Shown here: in pieces, positions 37,849-51,758 of the stretch | Layout: the number at the start of each line of letters is the position of its first letter | How positions within the stretch are numbered: position 1 is the stretch's first letter | Source of the DNA: Utricularia gibba | Lineage: Eukaryota > Plantae > Magnoliophyta | NCBI GenBank assembly: GCA_002189035.1 | Contig: NEEC01000017.1 | Coordinates: 2,046,001 to 2,110,000 of the forward strand | Reading direction: 5' to 3' | Length of the DNA: 64,000 nt | Made by a program: the position numbers and the translations under genes | The notes under the pieces: generated by a model | What the model saw: only the letters and a program-made list of their open reading frames with translations | What the model was told of the DNA's origin: nothing | Databases searched by the model: none

Positions 37849-40593
37849 CCTTTCCGGCGGCCGGAGAAGTTCGCGAAGCGGAGGAAAGGGGAAAAAGTAG
37901 TTATTCAACTGTCACAGAAGAGGATGATGGCGTCCACTTTCTGCTCCGATTCAGCACCTCTCGACAGGGCAGAGGAACTGAGTCATGTACGCGACAACTC
38001 AGACACTCCATTGCATTTAAAGTGAACAAAACAAAACACCACTGAATTTTTTTTTATCAAAATAATATAATTACAAAATCAAAAGGATATTTATATTATT
38101 AAAATGGGTTGGTTTAAAATATTTAATGGCGAGGAATTTCTCAAAAATATTTAATTGAAATATTGAGGGAGTGACAAGTGGGCGATGGCGAAGATAAATA
38201 ACCTCGTGTGCCAACATTTCACGTGCGGCAGGCCACGAAGTCGTCTACGATTTGCTGGTCCACAAATAGCGATGCACCCTGCCGTACCGGAACCTGACGC
38301 TGCAACTTGCCCAATAAACTCGATTTGTTGTAATATTCATTAATGATCCTAATATTTAAATAATAATCTAGTTTATTTACTTAGATCATGACGTCATTAA
38401 AAAATTATATGAACATAATACATCATGACCCCATATAGTTTTTTTTTTATTCTGTGGACATTCTTATGAACTATATCCTTTATTATTATTATTTTTTACT
38501 AACTCATGATTATTTTTTTTAATTTTCCTTAAAAGCATGATCCTTTTATTTTATAAAGGAATATAATACTTTTCTAGGGTTCAAAAGTAGAATGTATAAT
38601 TTTTAATAATAAAAAATATTCCAAAATTCGCTTCATGTGTTTGTAAGATACTAATGATCATGCAAAGGAAAAAGGGGGTTTGCCTTTACCTCATGTGGGG
38701 GCGCCCCCACCAAACCCACTACTTCTTGGGGTATTTGGTAGAGTGGCCATTTGATGATATGTTTTAACACATTCAGGGTCAGATTTGTAAATAGTCCCTA
38801 ATTACATTTTTTAGCAACATGCATTTATTGTGAATTATCCATTAAAATAAGGTAACTTTTTGAAAGTAACTTTTTCCCAAATATAATCAATTTGTGTCTC
38901 AATAATTATATTTTATTTCCAAGTTTTATCCAATTTCTTTCTATTATGAGTAATTTTTTAGAATTATTCTAATTCTATTAAAAAATTTACAATTTTTAGA
39001 GTTATATGCAAATGCAATATTGAAATTTATCAAAATTTTGGATTTCAATTTTTTTCTTTTTTTAAATTTTCTTAAAATTTGGTAATATAATAAAACGTGG
39101 TTCTATTTTTAAGATACAACATGCTTGGTCAAAATATGTTATTCAGACAATGTTAGGCGAGTCAATGCGTTGACTGTACCTAATTTTTGAAGACTAGTTA
39201 CCACCTTTTGGATTTTTATGACTTCTGATGTGTAGCATTGGTAAAAACATGTTATTTATTATTTTAAAAATTAACTATTTGTAGTATGTATTTTTCATAA
39301 TATTCAATAATAGTAAAATTTCAAATTTTATTCTTTGTACTATATTTTAATTTTTTATTAAATGAATAAAAATATTTTTAAATCCCAATTTTTTCAAGTA
39401 ACTAAATGCATGGAACCAAAATATAAAGATGAAACTTTGGACCGTTTAAGAAAATGGTCGTGTCGGCCCAGTGGGCCCCATTTCTGGCTATCGTTGGGCC
39501 GACCCATTTTCTGATTTCATGCGCTCTTTGTTCTTCTTTTGGAAGCCCACATGTTACTTTTGAAACCCATAGTTTTATGTCACGTTTAAAATTATGGAAT
39601 ATAAAACACTGTTTTGATAAAATTTTCAAATATATTTTTATTTTTTGAAAAGTGAAAATTACTTACTTGGAGAATATAATTTCATTTACGAAATTATGTT
39701 ACATTATATCCATAATTTTATGTCTATTTTTATAAAAGGTTGCTTTCAGAAAAGTAAAAATTTTCCAGAACCATCTATAAATGTTAAAGAAATTCTGGTT
39801 AAGTCTGTTGGTTGGATTGGAGTATGAAAAAAGGAAATTAAAGTAGGAGCTTAAGTGTAGTAATGAAAACAATTTTAATGCAAATCAATGGCGCCAGTAA
39901 GCTGAAGGTGGAGTGAAAAAGGTATGAGTTTTTCCATTTTTTATTTTGTAGTTTGTTGCGGATATTGCGGTCTGAAGATTTGCTGAGGTAGAGTGCCATC
40001 TCGTTTCATTTTCAGTTTGATGCTGTTTCTGTATTGCACCGTGCAGGTCTTAATCCGTCATGATCTCATCTGTTTTTTTTTTTTTTTTTTCTGATTCGGT
40101 TTTTTTGTTTGATGCATTGCCTGCCAACTGTTCGATGGAATGCCACTCACACACACACACAGTAGTTCTTCTACCTTTACTCGTCTTCTGAATAATTTGC
40201 TTCAGACCAGGACTGTGGGTTGATGCGTACTTACCCAGTTGAGAAGAATTGATTGTGAATCGTGAAAGGTAGGAGTTTGTGAGGAATCGGAGAGGAAAGA
40301 TTGGATCTTGGGAGGATTAAGCATTATGATAGTGTGTTTGACGGTCAAACCATTTTGAGGAAGCAAACAAAGGATACCCTAAATCTTGTTATACCCCGAA
40401 ATCCTATTGCCTCACTGTGCCCTGTATTCTTTCTGCAATTGTACTCCTCCTCCGTTCGGGCACGTGGTTTTCCGCTGTTATCACGCGCCGGCATCCGCAT
40501 TTTTGGCTGAGATATCTTCTGCATTCGCCGTCCTGAATTGTGTGCTGATGTTGGCCGTGACACTCCATTTGTTATAATGTGAAAACTTGCGCG

Positions 40594-43500
40594 ATGCAAG
40601 CGAAGAATCGGCTCCCGAGCAGTGGAAGCAACAGCCCAACCTCGCCGCCGTCATCGCCTCGGAGCCGCTCCCCGAGGTACCGTAACCGCTCGTTCAGATC
40701 GGATAGGGCTCCACAAACACTTGGGCACCGCCTCTCGTGGATCGTGCTATCAGTTTTGCTGAGAAGACAAGGAATCTTTCTATTCGCCCCCCTTCTTTAC
40801 ATTGCTGGGATGCTGTTCTATATGGGTACAGTGTCGTTTGATGTTGTTCCGGTGATTAAGCATAGGAATTCTCCTGGTTCTGTTTATCGGAGCCCACAGT
40901 TGTACGCGAAGCTGCGTCCTGAAATGGAGTCAGATAATTCATCCAGCGACGCGGTTAGTGGATCCTCTTCTTCTTTCCTGGTTACTGCTAGTCTCATTCG
41001 GAACTTCATTATCGTAATCTTTGTAATGGTACTGAACTTCATAGCGCTCTGTTTGTTTTTATATTTAATGCTTTGTTTCAAAGGTTGATGTGTTCTAACT
41101 TTAGTATGTAAATCATATGGAAGATGGATTGCTATTTTGACTTCGTTAACTATACTTTTTAATGCATCAACATTGAATTTTGTCTCTTGGATGTTGGGGT
41201 CTCTAAATGTCTGCAGATACTTAATATATGGAAAAACTCTTACAAAGGTGGTGAGTGGAAGCCATGCATCAACAAGTCCTCTCAAGGTATAAAGTTTTAA
41301 TGTAGATGTCTAATTTGGATTTTGTGTTCTGGATACCTTGGAAGTTTAATTTTAGCTTCTTGTATTCTCGTTTGGAGGTAGTTTTTTGAAACCATTTTAC
41401 TTATTACTTGTCATAGCTCTGGATTCTGTGAAAGAGTGTATCTTTAGGTGTATTCGTGATGAAAGAGGTACTACAAGTATATGCTTCTTCCTGTTAAGAG
41501 GTGAAGACTTATTAGCCTTTTGATACATGCAGTTTTGCCTGAATCAAATGGCTACATCTATGTTGAAGCCAATGGTGGTTTGAATCAGCAAAGAACATCA
41601 GTAGGTTTTCCCTTTCAAATAAGTTTTCTGTCCGATTGATGAACTGAAGAAGCAGTTCAGATCACTAACTTTGGTTATTACAGATTTGCAATGCGGTGGC
41701 TGTTGCTGGTTACCTCAATGCAACTCTCATTATCCCATATTTCCATTATCACAGTATATGGAGAGATCCAAGGTAGATTCTATCTGATTGGATGCCTACA
41801 TAGGTTTCTGATCGCTCCAGGGAAAAATTTATGGATGCATGTTTTTTCAGGACAAAAAGAAAGTACATTTTCCACTACAGAATGTGCATTTTGTGCGTTG
41901 TGGGAAAAAAGTACATGACGAAACGCAAAAAAACAAACTAAAATGTCATTCAATGTGTGATATATATCTCTCTTAAAAACAAAGAAAAGTGTTAGGTACC
42001 TTGTGGTCGTTGTGCTTTTAATTCCTCCTGTATTACGTTTGATGTGGAATACTTTTTTTGTATGTAACCTATTTCTTATATCTGTTTAATTCTTTTTTGT
42101 GCAGCAACTTTAGTGAGATATATGATGAAGAATTCTTTATTAAATCTCTAGAAAATGATGTGCGAATAGTTCGAGATATCCCCCACTACATAATGGAGCG
42201 TTTTGACTACAACCTTAGCAATGTCTACAACTTTAGGATAAAAGCCTGGTCATCCATCAAGTACTATAGCGAAAGAGTCCTTCCAAAACTACTTGAAGAA
42301 AAGTGAGTTTTTGGATTTCTTGTTGCTTTACAGCCACCCAAGCGAGTGTTGTACTGTCGCATTTGATTGTATGCTTTCTTACTTATAGAACATGGAAATT
42401 ATTTGGGAATAGCATATTCAGCCTCTCAAGTTGTATTGAAGACTAGTTTTTATGATGAGGTTTTGTGTTCATTGGACACATGCATAAGACCATGTAAATA
42501 CAACTTTCAATCATTGCAAGTATCTAATCCTCCTTTTTTTAACACTATAGTCACTAGATGCTCGTTTTTGGCTCTCCTCATTGGTTTTTTAGATTGATCT
42601 TTTGTTTTGTTAATTAGTTGGTTGCATTTTAACAGAATCATAAGGATTTCTCCTTTTGCAAATCGGCTGTCATTTGATGTACCGCCAGCTGTACAGAGGC
42701 TTAGATGTTTGGCAAACTATCAGGCTTTAAGGTTCTTTAGTCCCATATTGACAATGGGCGAGGTTTTGGTTGCTAGAATGAAAGAACGCAGTGCAAATAA
42801 TGGCGGGAAGTATATATCAGTGCATCTTCGTTTTGAGGAGGTGTTTCTCTGGAAAGTATACTCATCTTTTTCTAGAAGTTTCCACAATCACTTACTCATT
42901 TTCTTATCTAGGACATGGTTGCTTTCTCGTGTTGTATATATGATGGTGGGGGGCAAGAAAAGTTGGATATGGATGCTGCCAGAGAAAGAGGATGGAGGGG
43001 AAAATTTACTAAACCTGGTCGTGTAATCCGTCCTGGAGCTATTCGCTTAAATGGAAAATGCCCTTTAACACCTCTTGAGGTACACACTACTTATCACATT
43101 TTTTGGCCTTGAACATCCGTGGGTCTTATATTTCACCTACCAGGTTGGTTTGATGCTCAGAGGGATGGGCTTTGATCGGAGTACGAATATCTATCTGGCA
43201 TCTGGAAGAATCTATGATTCTGAAAGGCACATGGCTCCATTACTAGATATGTTTCCCCTACTACAGACGAAGGAGACGCTAGCATCTCCTGATGAACTAT
43301 CTCCTTTTCAGGTTCTAACATCTACATTTCCATCCTCTTCAGATTCTGTTCTGAAGTAAAATTGAAGATGAATATAAGTCATCTAGGTTATTGTTTCAGA
43401 AGACACTTTGTCTTGTGCAACTGTCATAAGGCTTGGCTATTCATTTTCAGAACTACTCGTCTAGAATGGCTGCCATAGATTACACAGTCTGCCTTCATAG

Positions 43501-43876
43501 TGAAGTATTTGTCACAACTCAAGGAGGGAACTTCCCCCATTTCCTTTTGGGGCATAGGAGATACTTGTATGGTGGACATTCAAGGACAATTCGGCCTGAC
43601 AAACGGAAGCTAGCGCTGATTTTTGACAACCCAAATATTGGGTAATTTTTCGTCGTTGCATACCACTTTTTATGGTGTGCAGGTTGTGGGTGAGACTTAC
43701 AATAACTTCCCTTTGCTCCCAAACTCTTCAGGTGGAAAAGCTTCAAAAAGCAGATGCTCAACATGCGGGCACACAGTGACTCCAAGGGTATCGAGCTCAA
43801 GAGACCAAATGATTCCATATACTCGGTTCCCTGTCCGGATTGCATGTGCAGGCTGAACTCTACCGAAGATTCATGA
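40594..43876 (+). CDS. ESMD1: O-fucosyltransferase-family (GT106) protein ESMERALDA1-like
   Basis: [11 protein letters not shown]...[25 protein letters not shown]; [14 protein letters not shown]; [14 protein letters not shown]; [10 protein letters not shown]; ends [15 protein letters not shown]. Confidence 0.93.
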
Positions 43877-45005
43877 TGACCACCATCCACACAGATGCCA
43901 TCTAACCCCCATCATGATAGAGATTCTTTCATTTTTTGCGCCATGGCCATCGGGGGAGCCCTGATACAGCAACGGTCAGTTTTTGGAAAGGTCTGATTCT
44001 TTGCTGCGTACCAAAACTGCATCTTTTTGAGCCTGCTGCTGCTGCTGCTGCCTGAGCACAAGGTTATGTATTTCCCTGAGAAGACTCGTGATATTTGGTC
44101 AATACATCCATGGCTTCTCCTCTTTGACATCGTTTCTTGATTGTTCTTGGTAGTTTGTCCGTGGTTGGAGATGAATCTTCCTCCCCCTCCCCACGAATCT
44201 ACTGCATTTGGTTGTATAGATCAAGACAAGCATTATTGCGATGGTGTTCCATATTTTGATATAGCCTTTTCTTTACCCCAGATAACATGGTTTCTGTATC
44301 TCTGTTTGGGACTTCTCAAAAACTTAGAAGCAGAATGAACCAGAAATGTGGATGGAAAATCCTACAATGACTAGCAGCAGCAGGTTAAGCCTATAGAACA
44401 AAAGAACATGCCACCACACAACTTTGTCGATCCAGCAACCAATTTCTGCCCCTCCCTGGAAATGGTGGGTTGGATTTCCCACTATACTTGACTTGTTCCC
44501 TTGAAAATGTAAAGCTTTTGAGGACTTGTTCGGACACTTGACCAACTTGCCGTGTCCATGAAGTGTCAACCAGATGGACTCGGTAACCTCCTGACTGACA
44601 CTCCCCCAGATTTGTCGACTGACTTGACTTGTCTTCATGTCCTATAATTTTTCTCTTTCGTGTGTGGAAAAAATATGTACCTTATCTTCAGCACTTTTTA
44701 ACAGTTGCTTCAAGTTTGGGCAATCAGTTGACCCCCGCCGGTTAACAGATCCGCCGGCGATTAAAAAAACAAAGAATATTTGGGATATCTGTGCTTCATG
44801 TGATGTGCACCTCTCACTTTTGTACTGGTTTTTTTTTGTATGCGAAGGTACCTGAGAAAGATGAGGATACCAGGGAGTACAAGCAGCCTTTCTGATGATG
44901 ATACAGCCAACGCACAAATACAATAGAATGCATGCGAGTAGTACTACTAGGAACACTATGCCATAATAGAATCAACGCATAGAAGCTAAGTGACTGAGAG
45001 GCAAA

Positions 45006-46479
45006 TCAAATGCCTCTAACTGGGAGGAACTCAAAGAAGTAATTGGGCACCGATGCGGCTGCTCCGTACTCTTCCTCCTCCTCCACCCCATCTGCGGTGG
45101 CGCTCATCTCTGTCTCCTTGATCGGAAAAAGCTCTAGTGTTTGAGTTTCCTTTATCTCAGAGGTGCCAGCAGCTTCAAAGGGTACGAGTTTTTGCTGCGT
45201 GAACATGCAAGATGGTAACTCTGATGGCCAGCAGGCTTCAGATTCACTGCTCTTCACTGCTGCAATTTGTTGGTGTAAATCACCCTGCCACCCCTTTTGA
45301 CAACGCGGCAAAGAAAAGGAGGTTAGTGAATGAATGAATGAATGAGCAACAAGTATTTCTTTTCTCATCGCTTTGTTCAAGAAAATTCTTAAAAACTCTG
45401 GTGAAAACGCAGCTTTTTAGTAGTCTCTTGCCCTTTTTCCATCATGCAAAAGCCTTCCCCCCTTTGCATTAAATTTTCTGGAGACTTTTGGCTACAGATA
45501 ATTAGGCCATAATTTTGCCTCTGCCTAATGTTTTTAATTGCATGTGGTCAAGTCAGATATTGTGTTCTGTGCAGTAAGGTTACTTCACATCACAATTCAC
45601 ACATTTGCAGCTGGATTATGTTTCCATTGTCTTACTCTAACACCCTTCACCAACTCCCCCTCCCTCCTAAGGTTGACATTACCCTAATCTGAGACTCAGA
45701 CAAGCCCCATAAACCTATGTTTGTGTGGTTTGAATTTACAGTAGGAGTGATCCACATTGTAAAGATCTTGTTGTTGTATTAATGTAGAAAAGGCATTACC
45801 TTCCAAGATAAGCTGCAGTTGGAGGCAGTGGACCATCTTGTAGATTGATGCTCGCTGAAGCACTTCACTGATCCTGGAAGAAAGCAAATTCTTGTGATGC
45901 ATTGGTAACTTTCTGCAGTAACAGAGAATCTTTGTGATGCATTGTTGTCGTTGTTACCTGATTGATGATGGGGTTGTTCGAGGGGGTCAAGTTCTTGCAT
46001 TTTCTTAGCAGCCAGGAGCTCAAGGCGGCGCCGTTTCCTCTGCTTCTCCCTGGCCTTGTGATTCTGAAACCAGTAGAAAACATTCTTCCCCTCGATCCTC
46101 CCGAACCGGCGCAGCCGCGCCACGATCTGCTGTATTTGTTCAGCAGACGGCGTTCGCACACCGTGCCTATACATCTCCTCCAAAGCTTGCAGCTGCTCCG
46201 GAGTAGGACTCCATCTCGCGCTCACTAATGGCGGCCCGGTGCATGCATTCCTCTCTGCCAAATCAAACCATTCAATTTCCGATTCTGCTGTCACAAGAAA
46301 ACGTCCGGTACAAACTTACTCAACGGTTGGTCCCATGCAGGGAGCCCAAGATAAGGAGATGGCTTTGCATGGAAGGTGTTACTGCATCTAGACATCCCTC
46401 CCGGTGGCGGCGGCGGCGGAGAGACGACTTTGCAGTGGAGGTGATCGTCACTTTCGAGCTCGAACTCCGGCATCCTCAT
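45006..46479 (-). CDS. WOX1: WUSCHEL-related homeobox protein, WOX1/WOX6 (STF/LAM1) clade
   Basis: Homeodomain [16 protein letters not shown]...[20 protein letters not shown] box TLELFP and C-terminal FFEFLP motif; about 4 exons. Confidence 0.88.
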
Positions 46480-48702
46480 ACGGGGCGAGTGTATTCGAAA
46501 TGAACAACTAATACAGTTAACGCAAAGCAGAGGGAGACATGACAAGATATAGTTAGTGTGCGGTGGTTGATGGCAGTTAATGGCGTCGAGAAAATTAATG
46601 ACTGATCTCAGGGAAACGAAGGGGGAGAATGAGAATGTAGGCGTAAAAGCAGAAAGGATATGGCATTTTTATATACATATACCCAATGCTCCACTTTTTT
46701 TATTCCACATATTAGGCTCGGAATTAGGTTAAGTAATTCACAAACATGGAGGATGAATTGAAAATTTTAACCTTTTTTAATCTTATAGTAAATACATAAC
46801 AATACCTAACTATTGCCGTTTTTGTGTTTCTATATAGACTTGATTTCATCAGAACTCCGAAGTTTTAGAATATAAAAATGTGTGTAACAATCATTTCGTT
46901 AATGGTACAACTTTCATGAAACTCAAGGTTCATCTTTAGAGTTTCGTTATTTCCTTATCATATATATACTCATTGGTGTAATGTCATTACATGCCTCCCT
47001 AACCCTACCAACTTGATGCTATCATTCATGGTTATTTAAGAGTATTAAACATTGCCAAATAAACTTGAAGTGGTTTACATGGTCCTTGTGCAAACCTTTT
47101 GATTTTGTAAACTATATTACATATAACTATTTTTTATAACACTTTCAAATTATAAGATAAGGCGAAATTTTCTAATTTTCAAGGGTATGTGAGTTAGGAT
47201 TTAAATTACTAGTAGACTCGGGTTTGGGTTTTACATTCTCACCTTTCGGGATTTTATCACATGTGTGGGTGGTGGTATTGGGGTTTAGGGTTTGGGGGAG
47301 AGGTAAGGAATTTGAAAAAAAAACTAAGGGGTGGATGGGGTTGGCGTGAAAATGTTGGGAGGTGGGCGCTAAAAGCGACGTGACAATGATGAGATTATGA
47401 GGGGGACTGTGAAGAATTCAATGTCAATTGCCTCCTGCAATTCCAAAAACTACACACACCAATCCTTTTCCTTTCTTCTCCCCGATCCAATCTGCCTCCT
47501 GACTTTGGCGCCCACAAAATCAATTCCTCAATTTTCCATTCGCCCGAGGAGAGGACAGTAAAAGAAAAGCCTGCTCCCCGTAACTGCGTTTTCACCGTGG
47601 ACTTTTTTTCCTTTTGACATGCACACGTGCAATGATTCTTCTTCTTCCCTTCCCTTGTGATGTTTTCACTCACTCACGCTGCTGCTGCTAATTCTCCATT
47701 ACTCCCCTGCTAACTTCCAACCACACGGTATTATTCTCATTGTCCTCTTCGTTCCCATTTTAAATGTCTGCTGCCCAACTGCACCACCACCGTTTTATTA
47801 CAAAGTTAGTTACCACAGCCCACGAAGTTAAGTCAATTTTTTTTTTTACTGCACAGAGATGTAATTGCGGGGTAATAAATCATTCTTTGACAGCACAACG
47901 TTAGATCCACGATCCTACTCTGGTTGAAAACAAGACAACACGATTGCATTGGGAGACAATTTTTAGAGGCGTACCTCGTTTTGTGCATTCCTCGGTTTGC
48001 TGTTTTTATTTCTTTTCCTTTTTTCATGACTCGTTCTCCTTACTGTAAAGGGGACTGCTGTTACCAGAAAATGAGCGTATTGGCATGAATTCGGTCATAT
48101 GATCCCCTTTGAAAAACGGAGAAGGGAAATGCACGAACAAGCATGCTTTCAGAGCAGGAAGATGATCACGTTTCCCAGTTGAGGGCATAATGCAGATATG
48201 GAGGGAAGCAACTCTCAAAGCCCAGAGCAGGAAACCAAACACTGAATTGAATGTTGTTCTTCCCTTAGCTGAAGATTTCAGGAAGTCACACACCACAGAA
48301 GATGGCATGCACTTAACCAAATTCCTGGTGTGGTATTGTTCATGCAGCTCTAGATGGAGAGTTCCAAAATCGACCAAAATGAGTATTAGGGTTTTGGAAT
48401 ACCACATCAATTCCCATAAACTCGCATCTCGTTACTAAACTGGCAGCAATTTCTTTCAATTTAATGTTACTTTGCGCGCTGTTTTTCAAAACATTCACCA
48501 AGCAGCAATCCCCATGCAGTCTGAAAGAGAATTCACTCCCCTCTTCAATTGTTAGGGTTTCAAGTCGTTCATCACAAAAAAGATGATGGCAGGGTTAGTA
48601 TCTGCATCAAGGGGGTGAAAAATGTGTGCATAAATTCAACAGTCGATTCGATTCGATTCACATAACCAAAATTGATGTCTTTACCAATTTTTGCAACAAA
48701 TT

Positions 48703-49000
48703 ATTAATGGAAAAACCCTAAAAACCAAATTTTGTAGCGTCTGCTGGAAACCCTAATTATTAGGGTTTCCATTAATGACAAAGTTATTCAGCATTAAGTA
48801 GCAATTACTAGAGGCTAAAAGCTTTTTAGCCCTAGCTTGGGATTCCTTGTGGAATTTGATGGGCCTTCTGCCAAAGCCCATTGGGTCAGCCCGAAATCAA
48901 AAGGATTAGTCAATGTGAATTTAATAAATGCAATTAAGCATATTCTGACAGACAGACATACACGCACGGAACACACAATTTACGAGCGGGCCCCACCGAA
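48703..49000. promoter_or_regulatory. Telo-box plus site-II promoter-like module
   Basis: Several AAACCCTA boxes (including a palindromic pair at 48745-48771) followed by TGGGCC, AGCCCA and GGGCCCCAC motifs. Confidence 0.5.
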
Positions 49001-49023
49001 ATACATTTTTTTACCGCCGCAGT

Positions 49024-49048
49024 AAAAAAAAAAAAAAAAAAAAAAAAA
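49024..49048 (+). repeat. Poly(A)25 tract
   Basis: Counted directly. Confidence 0.95.
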
Positions 49049-49790
49049 CCAGTCGCCACACCCTACAGACCCGCAGGCAGGTAAATATTAGCATGTAACG
49101 TAGAAGGTAAGTATTTTATAATGTCTGAAGAAGGTTTGATGGCTCATCTTTGCAAAGGGAATCCAGCGGCGACATTCAGCCAGCCGCCATTAATGCATTC
49201 TCCCGCACCACTCCTTTCAACCTTACAGTTGCATTTGTTTTACAGCACACTTCAATTCTCTGCAGGCAACACGCCATGTGTGTTGACTACACAGGCATAG
49301 TGAGCAGATAGATGCTCCAGCACTACACCCAGATTTCAACAGTTGGTTTTCTTATCAGTCCACTGTTGAGATTGGAGGGGTGAGGGGTGTGCGGGAGAGT
49401 TGCTGTCTGGCGTCCACATCGGCAACTATGTCTGATCTCTGAGGTTTCTGTTGTTGATAGTGAGCTGTGTTGGAATTGAACTGCGAATCCCAGATCGAGA
49501 GGGAGGAGGAATGTGTGATGAATTCTGGGTATGAATCGGAGTTATTGGTGTGTTGCTTATTAGGTGGTAATTAATTACTTCTGTGGTCAGCATCATGTAT
49601 GCTCTAGAGGTATACGTAAGGTATTGGAAACGTCATTTCAATGTCTGCGCCCCCGTTTTATTTCTCTGAAGTTTCTGCAGTCTTGGTGCTCGCCGGAATC
49701 TGCTATCTCTACTCGCAAGTACTCTGCTGCGTCATATATATTATATACATAAATTATCCACCCTTATTGTCAGTGAAGCCTCAGAAAACG

Positions 49791-50045
49791 ATGGTTTTTT
49801 CTTCGGGGAGAAGGGGAGAGGGAAGAAACCCCATTTTAGCAACTCTGGTTTTCTCAATTGGGCTTCTGCTATTCCTCTCTGTGATTGCCTCCGCCGACGC
49901 AAGGGCAGTCACGGAGCAGCGCCTGCGGTGGACGCCGGCAAGGAAGGATCGGTTCTTTACTCCGGCGGCGGATCCCCGGAACCCAGCTGCCATCGAGGAG
50001 GAGAAGAGACTAGTGCACACGGGGCCGAACCCTCTTCACAACTAA
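49791..50045 (+). CDS. CLE16: CLE peptide precursor, CLE16/17-like (84 aa)
   Basis: Hydrophobic signal (ILATLVFSIGLLLFLSVIASA) and terminal RLVHTGPNPLHN, identical to the recalled CLE16 dodecapeptide. Confidence 0.92.
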   Translation: MVFSSGRRGEGRNPILATLVFSIGLLLFLSVIASADARAVTEQRLRWTPARKDRFFTPAADPRNPAAIEEEKRLVHTGPNPLHN

Positions 50046-51710
50046 AGTGGAGAAAATGGGGCTTTGCTACCATGGATTCTGATGGCTAGTTTGAATCAGA
50101 ATCGATAGTAGCAAAGCTATGGCGATTGGATTTGTTCAGATCCAGAGAGGCTCGAAGGCTCCTCCCCTCTTTCTTTGTTTTTAATGCTTCCAGTGGGGTT
50201 TGTTCTTTAGCTCTTCATTGTACCATTCTGTTTAAGACATTTACTGTCCTTGTATTAATGTCCGTAGTTACTGGCATTCATCTACTCGACTTATCCCACA
50301 TCGGTTACTGATTGGATGTGGTGACGTATTCTTATAAATTTTTTCAAAACGTAATATCATAGTAAATGAATGTTCATTAATTCATTGATGTCTCATTAAT
50401 ATTATATCATAATAATTAATCTGTATTTCATTGGACGTATGAGATAATATATGATTAGTGCTTAATGAGATGAGATAGAATTTAGTAAAAAATTATTTTT
50501 TAAGAATGATATTTATCAAATATACTAATATTATATTTAAATATCTTATAATAGAAAGGTAAAATACATCTATAGTAGGTAGTAATACTAAATTCCCCAC
50601 CCCTAAGCCACTCCATGGATCTGAAATTAATTTTACAAATTCTAGGAAAATTCTATCATGGCATCCAACTTTAATTATTAAGATTCGATTTGGAATACCG
50701 TCTATAATTTTATTATCAAATATAAATGAATTTTAATTTAATAAGATTAAAAATTTAGAAATATATATATATTTTTATTTTTAAAAAGTTACAAAAAACC
50801 CTCATTAAAAAAATCCTAAAACCATGTGCCTGAAAAATAGAGCCTTTTGATCAATCATCATTATGCACTCATTGACTTTTAGTTCAGTGAAATGACTAAA
50901 ATGTACAGAAATCAGATCCGTGCAATCTGCAAGCAACAGAAGACCAGTGCGACTGTGTTGCGTGACAATCCTAGTACAATGATGAATGACTATTACGCAT
51001 AAGTTTGAAAACCTTGGGTTAAAATTTTAAATATAAGAATGAAATTTCATAACAATCAAAGAATGAAAATCCCAGGTTTGTTTGAATGCTACATTTATTG
51101 GTGGGAGGGGTAAATGGGGAATTTCAATTTGAAGTAATTATTTCTTATTATAGGTAGATTTTATTTCAAGTATTGTACTGTACCATATGACCAAGGCATG
51201 TTCCAAGAGACACTATTTGTGTCCCTCTATTTGAATAATTGTAGCGTATACTATCCAACGGCGGAAGAAAAGAACAAAGAGGGACAAATGCTGCAGATTT
51301 CAGAGGTGGATATATTTGTTCGTAATCGCCGGCGTAATTCACGGCGGCGGAGAGAGAGAGACAGCGGCGGCTGTACTCATTAACTGCCGGGTGAATGGTC
51401 ACCCTCATCTCTCCTCTCCTCCAGTTTTTGTTTTTATTTTTACTCCTATTTTTTACGTGCCCAGGTAATTTCTTTTTATTTTTTAAAAGAAATGAATTAT
51501 ATCAAAATGCTATATTTTTTAAATGAGATAAAATTTATGAAAAAATGAATATTGAAATTTGATATTCCAGATAAGAAAATTTCATTTTTCTTATAAGGTG
51601 ATATTTTTATTTACCATTTATTCCTTTTTATTTATATTAAAAAATTGTGCATAATTTTTTTTGCATGAATAAAAAATATTAGTTTATTTTATTTATAATT
51701 TATCAATCAA

Positions 51711-51711
<1 letters not shown>

Positions 51712-51754
<43 letters not shown>
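51712..51754. repeat. (TA)n microsatellite, about 21 units
   Basis: Uninterrupted TA run. Confidence 0.97.

Positions 51755-51758
<4 letters not shown>

Noticed and set aside
47270-47300. TTTAGGG-like interstitial telomere repeat
   Set aside because: Only one exact unit.
49412-49422. GTCCACATCGG, one base short of a USE
   Set aside because: No TATA box at the required distance.
50293-50340. USE-like ATCCCACATCG followed by a TATA-like sequence (snRNA or telomerase RNA promoter)
   Set aside because: Downstream DNA is AT-rich with no snRNA, 7SL or template sequence. The motif is part of a CCACATC/GATGTGG inverted repeat and is common in repeats.
51166-51408. Overlapping short ORFs in a GC-rich patch
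   Set aside because: No recognisable motif (not CLE or DVL/RTFL) and driven by GGC/GA repeats.
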